Source: Nitrosopumilus sp.
Lineage (GTDB): Archaea > Thermoproteota > Nitrososphaeria > Nitrososphaerales > Nitrosopumilaceae
Assembly (NCBI GenBank): GCA_965238275.1
Contig: OZ250186.1
Coordinates: forward strand, 32,001 to 96,000
Reading direction: 5' to 3'
Length of the DNA stretch: 64,000 bases
The notes under the pieces are model-generated. The model was not told the DNA's origin. It did not search any database and saw nothing but the letters and a program-made list of their open reading frames with translations. Of the stretch, positions 19,587-32,158 are shown one piece after another (position 1 is the first letter of the stretch; each line of letters starts with the position of its first letter). A program made the position numbers and the translations under genes.

Positions 19587-22500
19587 TCATATCCGGATTA
19601 TGCCGTTTCTAATCATATACTGGACTGACTGCACAAACTCCTCGTCAGATATCTGGCCGCCTGCCCACAGCCCGGCAGTGTGTCTGACCCAGTCAGGAAC
19701 AACAGTCTCTGATGCTCCGGTGCCAGGTTCGTCAATAATTCCCATGGCAATCATGTGTCGTACCCCGTCAACAAACCCGTCGTGGGATGAGGCCCCCGAT
19801 GACCAGCCTAAGACGCCGTCTCGTACCCAGTCCGGAATCACGTCAGATATTACGGAAAGCAGCAGGGTTCCAACATCATCGCCCCCATACGAGAGGCTGA
19901 TGGTGTACTGTCCTGACAGTGAATTTGTAGTCACGGTGATGACTGAGCGGTAGTTTCCGTTCTCGGTCGTGGGTATTCTAAAGGTATCAACTGTCTTGTC
20001 AGGATTTGTGACCGTTATGGACAGGGGTGCGCCGCCATTGCTGCCTCCGACGCTTCCGGACATGACCACCTTGTAGACTGAATTTCCATCCTGCAGCGAT
20101 ACGCGGTCATGGCTCAGCATCGGAGGAACCGGAATAGAGTCCGGACGTGCGGCGGCGGGAGGAACCGGAGTGGCGGATGCCGGCGGCCGATCCAGACTAA
20201 AGATGTTTTGGTTTCCAGAGGCGTCCTGTGAGTCGTGGTATATGAGGTCAATGCTGCCTCCGCCAGGAGATATCAGTTTTGAACCGGTCTTGTCGCATAT
20301 CCAAGAGGGCATCGCAAAGGAGCCCTCAAAGACTCCCGTGCTGGGGCCTGTCTCGGACAGGACAAATCCGGTGGATGCCAGTCCTCCATGCTCCACACCA
20401 TCCACCATGCAACGCTGGTAGCGGACGTTCTTGATCTTGACTTCCAACAGGGTGTGACCGTTTAGCCCGACCGTATCCACGCCGGGCGAGGCAGGATCAT
20501 CAATGACACGGTATGCATCCCTTCGGTCACTGGATGTGTTCAGATCAGGATCCACCAGCCTGACTGTAACAGGGTGGCCAAACCTCAAGGATTGTGGCGA
20601 ATAGGAGACTTCTCCGTTGTGCGTCTGTATGCCAACCTCCGAGGACAGTATCGTTATCTCCACCAGGGCCAGATCAGAGTAGTTGATGACAATCCTGTCA
20701 TTTCCGGATACGGCAAGCACCACGTCGCTGCCGGTCGGAACTATCCTGTCTGCGATTTTGGCACCCAGTCCGGCAGGATCTGCAATCACGTATTCAAGGG
20801 AACCGCCAAAGCTGCCGGGATTATTCCGGTCCTCTTCCAGCTCCATCCTATACACGGCATTGCCGATTACATCGTTCCTGACAACTCCAAATGAAAAAAA
20901 GTCCAGAACTATAGGTTGGCTGGAGGACGCAGGGGTAATCCTGCCGCCGGCAGACGGACCAAGATCAATTACGGCAAAGACGGCATCACCACCACCACTC
21001 CTTGAGGAGATCTGCTGTATCACAGAAGGGTCGATCAGGAGAAGCTGCTGCGGTGATGACATGTCCCCCGGACTTACCACGGGTATGGGGCTTGTATCCG
21101 AAAGGCTTCCGAAGGACAGACTGATGCCGGTGTTTGAAAAGTCACCAACGCCCAGTTCTTCAAGCGATCTCAGGTCAAGGTTTATCCAGCTGGAGCCGTC
21201 CTCGGATACGGCCAGCAGGCTGTTTAGCGAATCAGCAGAGAATCCAAGATTTACAGATATCTTTTCAAACTCACGTATTGCATTTGGGGCATCCAGGTAA
21301 AGCCGGGCAGAGAACGGATCAGGGACAGATGATGGAACCGCGTCTCCCCCGACAACGGGGGCGCTGCTGGATTCATACAGTCTGAGATTGCCGGCATTCT
21401 CAAGGGTCAGCGGCGAGCCAGTCTTTATGGTGGGAATGGCGGCAGATGCCCGGGATACCAGAAGATCGTCGCTGGCAGCGGTACTGAGATTCTGGTCAGA
21501 GTCGATCAAAAGTACTGGTATCTTGGTTCCAGGCCTTGACTCCCCGACCTCTATGGTAATAGGAGGCTTGGTGGAAAGCAAGGCAGTGGATGAGCCGGTC
21601 AGCACAGAGATGGTATCGTCATTGTATTGGATGTATCCTGGATGGCCTCTGGGCGCAGTATCGGACACGCCCAGGTTTGAGATCTTGTCCCGGTCATAGT
21701 TGACAAACATGCCGGAGTTGGGCTTGTCTTCTACAAGCGTAATGATATCAGGGGATGCAAAGACTGATGGCTGAATCCCATTGGGTTTGAACTCCAGTAT
21801 CCTTCCGGGATCAATCTCCATGAATCCATTGTCCTCAAATCCCAGCCTTTTCAGGGAAGGATAGAGATCTTTCGGGTCGTCGGCAGCGCTGCCGCCCCTC
21901 CGGTCAAAGGCATGATAGAATACCATTGGGGACGAGTCGACCTGGAAGGTCCACGAGTCCCAGTCGGTAGGATCCTGGTTCAGCTGGATGTCAGAGACGA
22001 ATACAAACACCTCGGAGCCTGCCGGATGCAGCTCCCTGTCAACCTCAGCTGTGATGCCGGGAATCTCGTCGTACCGCAGGGTCACCTGCTGCTGGCTGCC
22101 TGCCGGCTCGTACCGTATGGTTACATCTTTTGAAAATGAGAACAGCTGTATGACCGGCCATGCATCAGGGTCTAGGCCGGTCTGGCCGGTAGGAACATTA
22201 TCATTCTGGTTTATTGCAGGAGGCCTGCGCACCACGTTAATATCGTTTGAGCCGGTAGGAGGCCCGGTGCACTTGGAGGTAATGGAGCCGGTTGTAGAGC
22301 CAAGCCCGCCTGAACTGGGCACAAAGAATCCTTCAGAGTCAGAAAAGGATACCCCAAACACGTCACTGTCAGTGGAACTGCTACAGAGCACCCCGAAATC
22401 CAGGCCTGTCCCTGCACTCTCAATAGGCACAGTCCGGTCTGCTGCCATCGCGCCTTGTGTGTTTGCAAAATACGCATGCCAGGCCCCGTTGGATGCCTGC

Positions 22501-22724
22501 GTCATCTGCAGCCTGTCGCCGTTGACAGTCACGTTGGGCACCACTTCAGGCTCACTGGTCCCATGCAGGTTTGGGTCAGACACAACCACCTCGACTACCA
22601 TGGATCCGGCAAAATGATTATCAAATGCAGGATTCTCAGCAGAGACTGACAGGTATGGATTCGAGTCCGCATACGCGTCTGCAACAAACGGCACAAGCAA
22701 CAGAACCGCAAGGTACGCCCACAT
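19587..22724 (-). CDS. Large secreted S-layer-like protein with C-terminal IPDWVR repeats
   Basis: Signal peptide; VVEVVVSDPNL, LVDPDLN...ETGPSTGVFEG motifs resembling thaumarchaeal S-layer domains; duplicated IPDWVR...W...SD..FV..VQYMI tail. Confidence 0.75.
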   Translation of the reverse strand: MWAYLAVLLLVPFVADAYADSNPYLSVSAENPAFDNHFAGSMVVEVVVSDPNLHGTSEPEVVPNVTVNGDRLQMTQASNGAWHAYFANTQGAMAADRTVPIESAGTGLDFGVLCSSSTDSDVFGVSFSDSEGFFVPSSGGLGSTTGSITSKCTGPPTGSNDINVVRRPPAINQNDNVPTGQTGLDPDAWPVIQLFSFSKDVTIRYEPAGSQQQVTLRYDEIPGITAEVDRELHPAGSEVFVFVSDIQLNQDPTDWDSWTFQVDSSPMVFYHAFDRRGGSAADDPKDLYPSLKRLGFEDNGFMEIDPGRILEFKPNGIQPSVFASPDIITLVEDKPNSGMFVNYDRDKISNLGVSDTAPRGHPGYIQYNDDTISVLTGSSTALLSTKPPITIEVGESRPGTKIPVLLIDSDQNLSTAASDDLLVSRASAAIPTIKTGSPLTLENAGNLRLYESSSAPVVGGDAVPSSVPDPFSARLYLDAPNAIREFEKISVNLGFSADSLNSLLAVSEDGSSWINLDLRSLEELGVGDFSNTGISLSFGSLSDTSPIPVVSPGDMSSPQQLLLIDPSVIQQISSRSGGGDAVFAVIDLGPSAGGRITPASSSQPIVLDFFSFGVVRNDVIGNAVYRMELEEDRNNPGSFGGSLEYVIADPAGLGAKIADRIVPTGSDVVLAVSGNDRIVINYSDLALVEITILSSEVGIQTHNGEVSYSPQSLRFGHPVTVRLVDPDLNTSSDRRDAYRVIDDPASPGVDTVGLNGHTLLEVKIKNVRYQRCMVDGVEHGGLASTGFVLSETGPSTGVFEGSFAMPSWICDKTGSKLISPGGGSIDLIYHDSQDASGNQNIFSLDRPPASATPVPPAAARPDSIPVPPMLSHDRVSLQDGNSVYKVVMSGSVGGSNGGAPLSITVTNPDKTVDTFRIPTTENGNYRSVITVTTNSLSGQYTISLSYGGDDVGTLLLSVISDVIPDWVRDGVLGWSSGASSHDGFVDGVRHMIAMGIIDEPGTGASETVVPDWVRHTAGLWAGGQISDEEFVQSVQYMIRNGIIRI

Positions 22725-22878
22725 GGGTGCAATTTACATCACGCCACAAATAACGGTATCGTGAATTCAGGGCACGCGGATATGGCCCGCACGTGAGACA
22801 GTAACCATACATGTGCAGGGCGTATGTCAGGGCCTCAAAAATCAGAGTCAGGCAGCACGAATCTTGGAATTCTCAAAT

Positions 22879-24255
22879 ATGTCTTATGACCTTGAAACAC
22901 AGATGTCTGTCAAAAGGATCAGGGTTCTGCAAATCTCGTTTCTGGCCATATTCTCGGCGTTCCTGGTGGAACTGGTCCTTGGCCTGATATCCAACAGCCT
23001 GGCATTCATAACAGACAGCATCCACGCGCTGCTTGACGCCGTGGTCACGGTAATACTGCTTCTTGCCGCAAGAATGGCGCTCAGGCCTCCTGATGCCGAA
23101 CACACCTACGGACACGGAAAGATAGAGTCTCTCGGGGGGCTGTTTGGCGGAATAGCCATACTCCTGATAGCCTGCTTCTTCATATACGAGTCACTCAACC
23201 GCCTGCAGCGTCCCCCTCCGGAGATCCTGCCGGGCATCCTTGCAATAGCTGCCGGGGTCTACACGGTTGGAATCGACCTGTTTCGAATATTCCTGCTCAG
23301 AAGATCCATCAGGGAGACTGGGGGCTCGACTGTCAAGGCAGACTACTACCACGCAGTCATGGATCTCGGCTCCACTACAGTCGCAATAATCGGAATAGTC
23401 CTGGTGTCATACGGACTGTACCAGGGAGACTTTGTGGCAGCACTCATCCTGGGCTGCCTGCTGGCAGCACTGAGCATAAAGCTGATCCACAAAACCGCAA
23501 TGGAGCTGACAGATGCAATCTCGCCTGAGATGGTAGGGGATGCCAGGAGAATCGCCTCAGGGACAGACGGGGTAGTCAGCGTGGGCCAGGTGCTCATGAG
23601 AAGATCCGGGGATGTGATATTTGCCGACATAACCGTATCGCTGAGGGGCGATACAAGCTTTGAGAAGGCCCACGAGATAAGCAGCAACGTGGAGAGAAAC
23701 GTAAAGGAGAGGATACCGACTGCCTCCACAACGGTCCACTTTGAGCCAAACTGGAGCGGGGTGCCCATGAACGCAAAAATTCTTGATGTTGCAGGCAACG
23801 CGAACGGGGTAATGGGGGTGCACAACATCAGCACATACAAGACAGGCCAGGGAATATTCTCCGACCTGCACGTAATGGTGGACAGCAAGATCAGCCTCTC
23901 AGAGGCGCACAGGATATCGGAGATTGTTGAGGAGGACATCTGCCGGGCCGTCCCGGGGATCAGGCACGCGACCATCCATCTTGAACCGTTTGTGAAGGTA
24001 CCCGAGGACTTCAACTTGGAGGACACAGGAACTGCAGAGCAGATCAGGGGCATTCTGGAAGGATACCCCCAGGTAACGGGAATAGGCAGGATTGTATCGC
24101 TCAAGTTCGGGGGAACCCTCAGGATAGACATAGACTGCTCCTTTGACGGGGGGCTGTCAATTGAGAGCGTGCACGACGTCACAACGGAGATTGAGCACAG
24201 GATAAGGACGGGGATCAAAAACTCCGTAATAACCATCCACCCGGAACCGGGTTAG
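22879..24255 (+). CDS. Cation diffusion facilitator (CDF) with repeated C-terminal ZT_dimer domains
   Basis: SLAFITDSIHALLD, PPDAEHTYGHGKIESL, ADYYH, three H(x)EP-ending cytoplasmic domains; start uncertain. Confidence 0.92.
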   Translation: MSYDLETQMSVKRIRVLQISFLAIFSAFLVELVLGLISNSLAFITDSIHALLDAVVTVILLLAARMALRPPDAEHTYGHGKIESLGGLFGGIAILLIACFFIYESLNRLQRPPPEILPGILAIAAGVYTVGIDLFRIFLLRRSIRETGGSTVKADYYHAVMDLGSTTVAIIGIVLVSYGLYQGDFVAALILGCLLAALSIKLIHKTAMELTDAISPEMVGDARRIASGTDGVVSVGQVLMRRSGDVIFADITVSLRGDTSFEKAHEISSNVERNVKERIPTASTTVHFEPNWSGVPMNAKILDVAGNANGVMGVHNISTYKTGQGIFSDLHVMVDSKISLSEAHRISEIVEEDICRAVPGIRHATIHLEPFVKVPEDFNLEDTGTAEQIRGILEGYPQVTGIGRIVSLKFGGTLRIDIDCSFDGGLSIESVHDVTTEIEHRIRTGIKNSVITIHPEPG

Positions 24256-24325
24256 CAGATAACCCAACATCATCTCGTACCCTTGCCTGCCCAAACCCCG
24301 GATGACATCTGTCGGATTTGAATTC

Positions 24326-25378
24326 CTATGAATCGTTTGTCAGCAGGCGGACATTCTGCACCACTTGGGAGTATGTGGACCGAACATCCTCCTCGTCCTT
24401 TGCGCCCACAATTATTGCGGATCCTCCTTCCATGATCTGTATTGTGACTGAGTTTAACAGTATGGTGGCTCCCATCTCGCTTTGGGATTGTATCGTGGCA
24501 GGCTGCTCCAGGCCGGCAAGTACGTCACTCAGCTGGATGGCATGGGGCGGCGCCACTGCATACGTTCGCTTGCCCATATCACGGCCGCACAGCTCCTCGA
24601 CTGAGATCTCTTTGATGGCATCTGCTGCCCTGTGTCTCTTGTCCCCGCATACGCCGCATTCCTGCACACGCTCCACATTGGTGTGGGTAAATGCCATCGA
24701 TGACATATCCACATGCAGTATTCTGTTGCTCAACGCAGGGGAATTCCCAGTCATTACCGATATTGCCTCTGCCACCTCAATGCTGCTTATCATGCCCAGT
24801 ATCGCCGGATGCACCCCCTCAATACCACACGAGGGCACCATCTCGTCTGAGAGCCCTGGAAACACGCAGTTGTAGCACGCAGAGTCAGGCATCACGCTGA
24901 ATACCTGTCCGGAAACCCCGACGGCACCACCCGTGACAAACGGAATGGACTGATCCACACATGCCACGTTCAGTGCGTAACGTGCGGATACGGAATCAAG
25001 TGCGTCTATAACCACATCGGACCCCTTTACTATGCTAGGCGCCGAGGCATGGTTCACGGATGCCGGTATGGCCTGAACCTTGCAGGAGGCATTCATCTCG
25101 CGCAGCCGCTTGGCGGCCACTTCGACTTTTGGCTCCCCCACATCCTCATCCCGATACAATACCTGCCTGTGCAGGTTTGTCAGGTCTATCGTGTCCCTGT
25201 CCACCACACGGATATTCCCCACGCCCATGGAGACCAGTCTCTGCAGTATTGGGGTGCCAAGGCCGCCTGCGCCCACGACTGTCGCCGTGGAATGCTTTAG
25301 CTTGATCTGCCCCTCATATCCTATCTCGTCTAGCATGATCTGGCGGGAATACCTCTGGGTGTCGGTCTGGTTTAACAT
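24326..25378 (-). CDS. moeB: MoeB/ThiF-family adenylyltransferase (E1-like)
   Basis: RYSRQ, GAGGLG, DRDTIDLTNLHRQ, CYNC...SC...CGVC. Confidence 0.9.
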   Translation of the reverse strand: MLNQTDTQRYSRQIMLDEIGYEGQIKLKHSTATVVGAGGLGTPILQRLVSMGVGNIRVVDRDTIDLTNLHRQVLYRDEDVGEPKVEVAAKRLREMNASCKVQAIPASVNHASAPSIVKGSDVVIDALDSVSARYALNVACVDQSIPFVTGGAVGVSGQVFSVMPDSACYNCVFPGLSDEMVPSCGIEGVHPAILGMISSIEVAEAISVMTGNSPALSNRILHVDMSSMAFTHTNVERVQECGVCGDKRHRAADAIKEISVEELCGRDMGKRTYAVAPPHAIQLSDVLAGLEQPATIQSQSEMGATILLNSVTIQIMEGGSAIIVGAKDEEDVRSTYSQVVQNVRLLTNDS

Positions 25379-25551
25379 CAGTGATTCATGGCACGATAGT
25401 TATTATAAATATAATGCCCACGCCGAAAACAGACAATTCTGCAGAGGGTTCGGATGGCAGTAGGCCTCTTAGCCATGCGATGGCAAACCGTCCCGACTGC
25501 CAGCGCAATCCCGAACCAGAATATACGATGTTTGGCTTTTGGGTCAGATGA

Positions 25552-26761
<1,210 letters not shown>

Positions 26762-26772
<11 letters not shown>

Positions 26773-27829
26773 AGGTCTTCTCCTGGGAGTCGGGAGGAAC
26801 ATCTTCCTCCTCCTCTGGGACGTCCCTTACAAGAAAGAGCCCCACCCAGCCCTTCTCGGAGAACTCTACCTTGTGTGCGTGAAACAGGTACGGCCCCGGA
26901 TAGTCGTACTCGAACTCCATTATCCCCCGCTCAGTCTGCGACAGCGTTATCATGTCAGTGTAAAACGACGGGACGGTATCGGTTCCGGTGGGGTAGTAGT
27001 GGTACAGGTTTCCGTGCAGGTGGAAGTTGTTTATCGGATCAAACTCCACCATATTAACCACATACACCCGGATCAGCTGGCCTGCATCAATCTGGATTGG
27101 GTGGTGCTGGTAGTAGAACGGGATGGTGTTTGCAGCATAAAAGTTGTTCTCGCCGTCAAAGTCGGTGTCCATGCCGTTTAGCACCATCACCATCTCGTCT
27201 GCAGGCTCCCTTGCCTCCTTGGGATCCACTATGAACACGCCGTACAGGCCGTGTATGATGTGCTCCTCTAGCGGCATCACGTGACAGTGGTACGGATGGA
27301 CCCCGACTGGGCCTGCCTCAAACTCGTAGGTGAACTGTCCCCCGCCCCGTCCCACGATCTCAAAGACGCCGTCCATCACACTTGGATGGATTCCGTGGAA
27401 GTGTATGGTGTGCTCCCGGGAACCGTTGTTGATAAAGTGGATCCGCACCAGATCGCCCTCGGTGGCCCTTATCGTCGGGCCCGGCACGGTTCCGTTAAAC
27501 GTCCACACGTTATAGAATACGCCCGGCGAGATCTCCTGGATTTGATCGTCGCGGGCTACTATGGTGTACTCCCTGACTGTCTGCCCGTCTGCAGACACGG
27601 AGACATCCCCGTACTCAAAGTTGCGCAGGAACTCGTCCGGGTCAAACTCCACGGTGGAGACAGTGTAGACCGGATCCAGCACCTCCCCGGTAGTCTTGAT
27701 TACCGCGCCCTGGTGTGTCACAAACGTCTTTTGCGGCGTACTTGCCTCGCCGATCATCGGGAGCAGTGTCGCTGCGGCAACTCCTGCAATCACAACCAGT
27801 GACAGCATCATGGCAGTGGAGCGGCGCAT
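26762..27829 (-). CDS. Two-domain multicopper oxidase
   Basis: HTIHFHG, YHCH...HIIHGL, FHLHG, FHAH copper motifs; N-terminal RR/TM; overlaps the ZIP gene. Confidence 0.92.
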
Positions 27830-27861
27830 CACGGTATGGAGGACAAATTCTTTATTTAAAT

Positions 27862-27894
27862 TTAACACAAGCTAATTTTTTTAGACTGGGCTAA
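27862..27894. promoter_or_regulatory. Two tandem TTAR-N6-CTAA palindromes (candidate DtxR/MntR-type operators)
   Basis: TTAACACAAGCTAA (27862-27875) and TTAGACTGGGCTAA (27881-27894) lie just upstream of the MCO-ZIP TATA box. Confidence 0.5.
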
Positions 27895-27963
27895 CTTTTT
27901 GCAAAACTACGTTTACCTCGGGATTTTCATGGGGGTTTTTAAGGAAAGTGTGCTTGCAGGACG

Positions 27964-29325
27964 ATGACCTCGCGCAAAAAACCCAAAAAAACGGACTACA
28001 TGCTCAAGTTTGCCACCGTGGTGTACTGGCTGGGGCAGCTCAACGAGAGCGGCTTCAGGAACCACGCCGACGCGCGCTCTAGTACCAAAAGCGTGTACCT
28101 GTCGTACCTGACGCAGTTCGACGGATGGGTGGCAGGACGCGTGTTCGACGTGCGCGCCCAGACCGTCGCGGGCGGCAGCATAATCCACGAGACCGTCCAA
28201 AAGTCATTCGCCGACGTGGAGAAACTGTTGCGCTTCGGGGAGGAAGGCAACGAGAAGGAGGTAAGGAAGATCATCAGCCAGTACCTGGCAGAATTGCGGC
28301 GCACGAACCTGGCACGTTCCACCATATCCGGCAAGTGCGCGGCGATAAAGTCGTACTTTGACGTGCACGACGTGATTACCAACGTCAGGCTCAACGGGCG
28401 CAAGAACAAGAAATACGAAGTCACGCGGGGGCCGGAGCTGGAGCTGGTCGAGTTCTACAAGATAATGACTGTCGCCAAGATGAATCCCATGATGCGCGCC
28501 ATGCTGCTGGTAAAGTTCCAGGCGGGGCTGGACTCGTCGACCCTTGCAGACAGGTTCAACTTTTACGCGTACAAGCAGATAGCCGGGTGGTGCGGAACCG
28601 CGGACCACAAAAAGTGGGATCTTGGCAAGTGCCCGATCCCGATAGAACTGGTGCGCGTGAAGACGGGCATCGAGTTCACCACATTCATAGACCGGGACGC
28701 GCTGGCGGCGCTCAAGTATTACCTGGCATGGAGGGAAGAGCGCCACGGTCCGCACGATCCCAAGGAACCGATATTCGTCACCACCAAAAACAGGCCGATA
28801 CACCCGGAAGGGGTTTCGGACGCGTTTGGGAGGATGGCCGCCTCTTCCGGAACGCAGAAGCGGCTGGCGCGCGGAATACTCAAGCTAAAGTCGCACGGGG
28901 TTCGCCGCCTGCTCAAGAGCCTGCTCATGGCATGCGGGTGCGCCGCGTGGGCGGCCGACCACGTCATTGGACACGCGCCCAAGGACGCGTATGAAGGTCC
29001 GGCGGACCTGTTCCCGAAGGACCTGAGGAGGGAATACGCCAAGGCGTCGCACAGGATCAACGTGCTCTCCAAGGCCGCCTCGAACATAGACGATCCCGAA
29101 CCGGCAGACGCCGCGGAGAAGGCGCTGAAGGCAAGCGAGGCCAGGGTGGAGGAATTGGAAAAGAGGGTCAACGAACTGACGGAGGCAAACGCCAAAAAGG
29201 ACGCCAGAAGCGCCGATGCCGAGTCCAAGCTCGACATGGTGGTAAGGGCGATAATCGACGCGTCAAGCGAGCACGACGGAGACTTCCGCCAGAACCTCAA
29301 GGACAGGCTCGGCGGGCTGCCTTAG
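27964..29325 (+). CDS. Tyrosine recombinase/integrase, atypical box I
   Basis: LVRVKTG, HGVRR, VIGH...DAY, C-terminal coiled coil; box I reads FQAGLDSST. Confidence 0.82.
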   Translation: MTSRKKPKKTDYMLKFATVVYWLGQLNESGFRNHADARSSTKSVYLSYLTQFDGWVAGRVFDVRAQTVAGGSIIHETVQKSFADVEKLLRFGEEGNEKEVRKIISQYLAELRRTNLARSTISGKCAAIKSYFDVHDVITNVRLNGRKNKKYEVTRGPELELVEFYKIMTVAKMNPMMRAMLLVKFQAGLDSSTLADRFNFYAYKQIAGWCGTADHKKWDLGKCPIPIELVRVKTGIEFTTFIDRDALAALKYYLAWREERHGPHDPKEPIFVTTKNRPIHPEGVSDAFGRMAASSGTQKRLARGILKLKSHGVRRLLKSLLMACGCAAWAADHVIGHAPKDAYEGPADLFPKDLRREYAKASHRINVLSKAASNIDDPEPADAAEKALKASEARVEELEKRVNELTEANAKKDARSADAESKLDMVVRAIIDASSEHDGDFRQNLKDRLGGLP

Positions 29326-29761
29326 CGTGCCTCGACTCCAACGCGGCTCTCAATCTGCAAGAGACGTGATAATTGCGGGTTATTCTGCGCGAACGCGATG
29401 CTTGCCCGATGTCGCCGGACACGCGCAGGAAGTCCCGCATGGAATGCCGAAACAAATACCTGAAGATCTATTTCACGGATCTATATTTAGCCCACTCGTA
29501 TCATTCTGTCACAATTGTAACAACGATATCTTGGCGGTACGTTTGCAAACATCTGGTACGTGTCGCAATCACTACAGTATAGTCGAATCATGTAGTATTA
29601 TGCATGTATGGAGTTAATAATGATTTAGGGCATTTTAACAAAATTGATCCGGATGTATTTGTTCAACCAAAGCATCCCCTCAAAATTTGGCTACGTCCCC
29701 ACAAATCAACAGAACCCGCATCTTGGATCTAGAATATTACACAGGACCAAATTCCAGGTTC

Positions 29762-29899
29762 TGTTAACTTGTCGGCACTTGGGCAGCGGATGTTAACCGT
29801 TGGCACCTGAACGCAGACTGTTAACCGTTGGCACCTGCTCAGGCACGCCGTACGTTGGTTGGGTGATGCCAGAATATGGGTGTTAACCGTCGGTACCTG
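29762..29899 (+). repeat. Array of four ~19-bp TGTTAAC...GGCACCTG motifs
   Basis: Copies at 29762, 29791, 29819 and 29881; 29791 and 29819 are identical (tgttaaccgttggcacctg). Confidence 0.85.
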
Positions 29900-30193
29900 T
29901 CGGCATGATGGCGGCGCAGGCGCGGAGCATGGCCGGAAAGTGGCACTCTTGTGAGGTCTTGATCTGCAAGCCTGTCCAGACTTGGCATGACAGCAGAGCA
30001 TACCTGGAAAATGGCAATCCGCTAGCAAACAGATGCTGGGCGTGCATGGGGTACTCAAAGCGCGATGTCAGGCCATGTGTCGCACGCAGACATGCGTGGA
30101 CATCACCAGAATGATTCCGTCCCCTGTCTGGATGCACTTGTCTTACCGGTGTCGATTCAGAGACGCTGCATCTGGATCAGATTCAACACGCTG

Positions 30194-31075
30194 CTAAAAA
30201 TTGTAAAACGATTTTACCGAATCAACCATGGTGTCAAAACTAAAGTCACCCCCAAACGCGGTCTCTTCCAAACTTGTCCTCTTTCCTGTGTTCTTGAGCA
30301 TTGCGTCGAGCTGACTTATGCATTCGGCAGCATGGGATCGCGGATTTGAGTTGGGTTTTGTGCATTGTTTCTTAAACAATCCACGCACCTTTTTCATGTC
30401 CGGGTCGTTGTTCTTGAGCATCCTGAACGCGTCATACGCGTCAAAGTGGTTTCTCTGCCTCCCGCTTGAACCTATGATGAATAATTTCGTGGCAAGTTGT
30501 TCCTCCAAGGAGAGGTGTGTTACTTTGGGCTGCTCAAGCCCCAGCAACTCCAGATCGACGATCGTGTCTATCGGACCATATACCGGCTCATCAAAGACGC
30601 GGCATGTCTTGCACACTTCGATCTTTGGGATTTCTTTTATCTTGTACCGGCCCAGCGACTCTCGGTATCCCATTTTGATAAAACGCCACCTCTGGCTGTC
30701 CTGGGTGATTTTGATCGGCGTCGTGCATCCCCTCGACAACCCATACTGTATAATGTCGTCCTTCAGGCCACGCACGTGTCTAAAGGTGAACCCACCACGG
30801 CTATTGGGATCAAAATCCGCGTCAAACGAGAACCTGTGATCTGCCAGCGGCACGGCGCTCCTGACAGACAGCCCGCCCTTCAAGCTGAGTCTTTCTTTGT
30901 AATATCCGTCTTTCATGGCAGTGATCATGTACAGCATATCCAGCACGCACACTTCGGACAGGATGAATGGCGCGAATTCTTGCCTTGCAAACCGCTCATG
31001 GTACTCGTCTTTGACAATAGACAACGGATCGTCCAAGTTGATCAGTCTGTCATCAATAAAGAAAAAAATTCCCAA
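30194..31075 (-). CDS. abiEii: AbiEii/AbiGii-family nucleotidyltransferase toxin
   Basis: LKGGLSV...HRFSFDADF NTase motif, LEEQLATKL, RNHFDAY. Confidence 0.85.
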   Translation of the reverse strand: MGIFFFIDDRLINLDDPLSIVKDEYHERFARQEFAPFILSEVCVLDMLYMITAMKDGYYKERLSLKGGLSVRSAVPLADHRFSFDADFDPNSRGGFTFRHVRGLKDDIIQYGLSRGCTTPIKITQDSQRWRFIKMGYRESLGRYKIKEIPKIEVCKTCRVFDEPVYGPIDTIVDLELLGLEQPKVTHLSLEEQLATKLFIIGSSGRQRNHFDAYDAFRMLKNNDPDMKKVRGLFKKQCTKPNSNPRSHAAECISQLDAMLKNTGKRTSLEETAFGGDFSFDTMVDSVKSFYNF

Positions 31076-31078
31076 CTC

Positions 31079-31852
31079 TCAATTGCCGACAGCGCGGACC
31101 TCCTGTCTGTATGGCACTCCGTCCACCCACCGTGCCCGACAATCGTCTGCTTGCATGACAGACACGCGTCCAGGGCGCCTTTCAAAATACTTGCTCTTTT
31201 GCACGATGGCACCCATCAGGCCCACCAGCGGCGCGTGCGTGAATATGTGCATCTCTGCAGGACCCACCGGCGACCCGGACTCGTAGTGCTGTAGCCGACG
31301 AGCGTGCGGGCCACCCACGTACGAGGGTATCATTCTGAACAGGGCAGCGACGTCTCCGCTGGCGTCGATCCATGCCTTGACGGACTCCATGTATTCTTCA
31401 AGCCACGCGCGCGCCGATCCATCTTCTGCCGTTGCCGTAAAGTCTGTGACATTCACGAGACCAACATGCTCCATCCTCTTCAGTGCCAAGTATACCGCCT
31501 TCCTGCTAAAGTGCATGTCCTTTGCCAAATCTGCGGCCCTTCTGGGCGGACCGGTGGCAAGCACCAAGAAGAGGGCGTATGGGATTCTGTTTCCAAGTAC
31601 CTTAATCTGCGTACGGTTCACGCGCAACGGCATCGTTGACACGTGCAGGTTCGGGGGGCTCTCCACAAACGTACCGCGACTGCCTATGGTGCCTTCGTCT
31701 CTGAGCTTTGATTTAATTTGGTAGAAATACTTGCTGTATTTGGCATACCCCATCTTCGTGCCCATTTCTGGCGGCTTCTTCTGGGTCAGCAGGTGCCTCA
31801 TCTTGTAGATTCTTCGGATGGTATCGGCGTGCCGTATCTGTTCGTATAACAT
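31079..31852 (-). CDS. HTH-containing putative antitoxin (AbiEi-like)
   Basis: Winged HTH (AADLAKDMHFSRKAVYLALKRME..GLV); YVGGPHA; 3 nt upstream of the toxin. Confidence 0.6.
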   Translation of the reverse strand: MLYEQIRHADTIRRIYKMRHLLTQKKPPEMGTKMGYAKYSKYFYQIKSKLRDEGTIGSRGTFVESPPNLHVSTMPLRVNRTQIKVLGNRIPYALFLVLATGPPRRAADLAKDMHFSRKAVYLALKRMEHVGLVNVTDFTATAEDGSARAWLEEYMESVKAWIDASGDVAALFRMIPSYVGGPHARRLQHYESGSPVGPAEMHIFTHAPLVGLMGAIVQKSKYFERRPGRVSVMQADDCRARWVDGVPYRQEVRAVGN

Positions 31853-32139
31853 ATGTGTAATAAGTAGACCGAACTAATATAAAGATTCGGTACAGAAAAG
31901 AAACATACGTGATCCTGAAAGTAGCATGCACTTTCTTGGCCCCCGAATGAGTGGCGTAGAATCGCGATACGCGATCAGTCAGCACTGACGTTAGATATGT
32001 TCAAACATGACGAACAGCATGCACAATTCGGACGGATTTTGGCAAATCTCATAGTTTTGAACAGAGTCGCCAAACATGTCCGGACACTGGCAGTTTCAAG
32101 ACATTTGTAGGCGTTTCCGATACCTTGGACGCTCAATCT

Positions 32140-32158
32140 CAGGTGCCGACGGTTAACA
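32140..32158 (-). repeat. Inverted consensus copy of the TGTTAAC motif
   Basis: caggtgccgacggttaaca is the reverse complement of tgttaaccgtcggcacctg. Confidence 0.8.

Noticed and set aside
29762-29899. TGTTAAC array as a mini-CRISPR or coding repeat
   Set aside because: Gaps are mostly ~9-10 bp, the repeats are degenerate, and copies fall in different reading frames.
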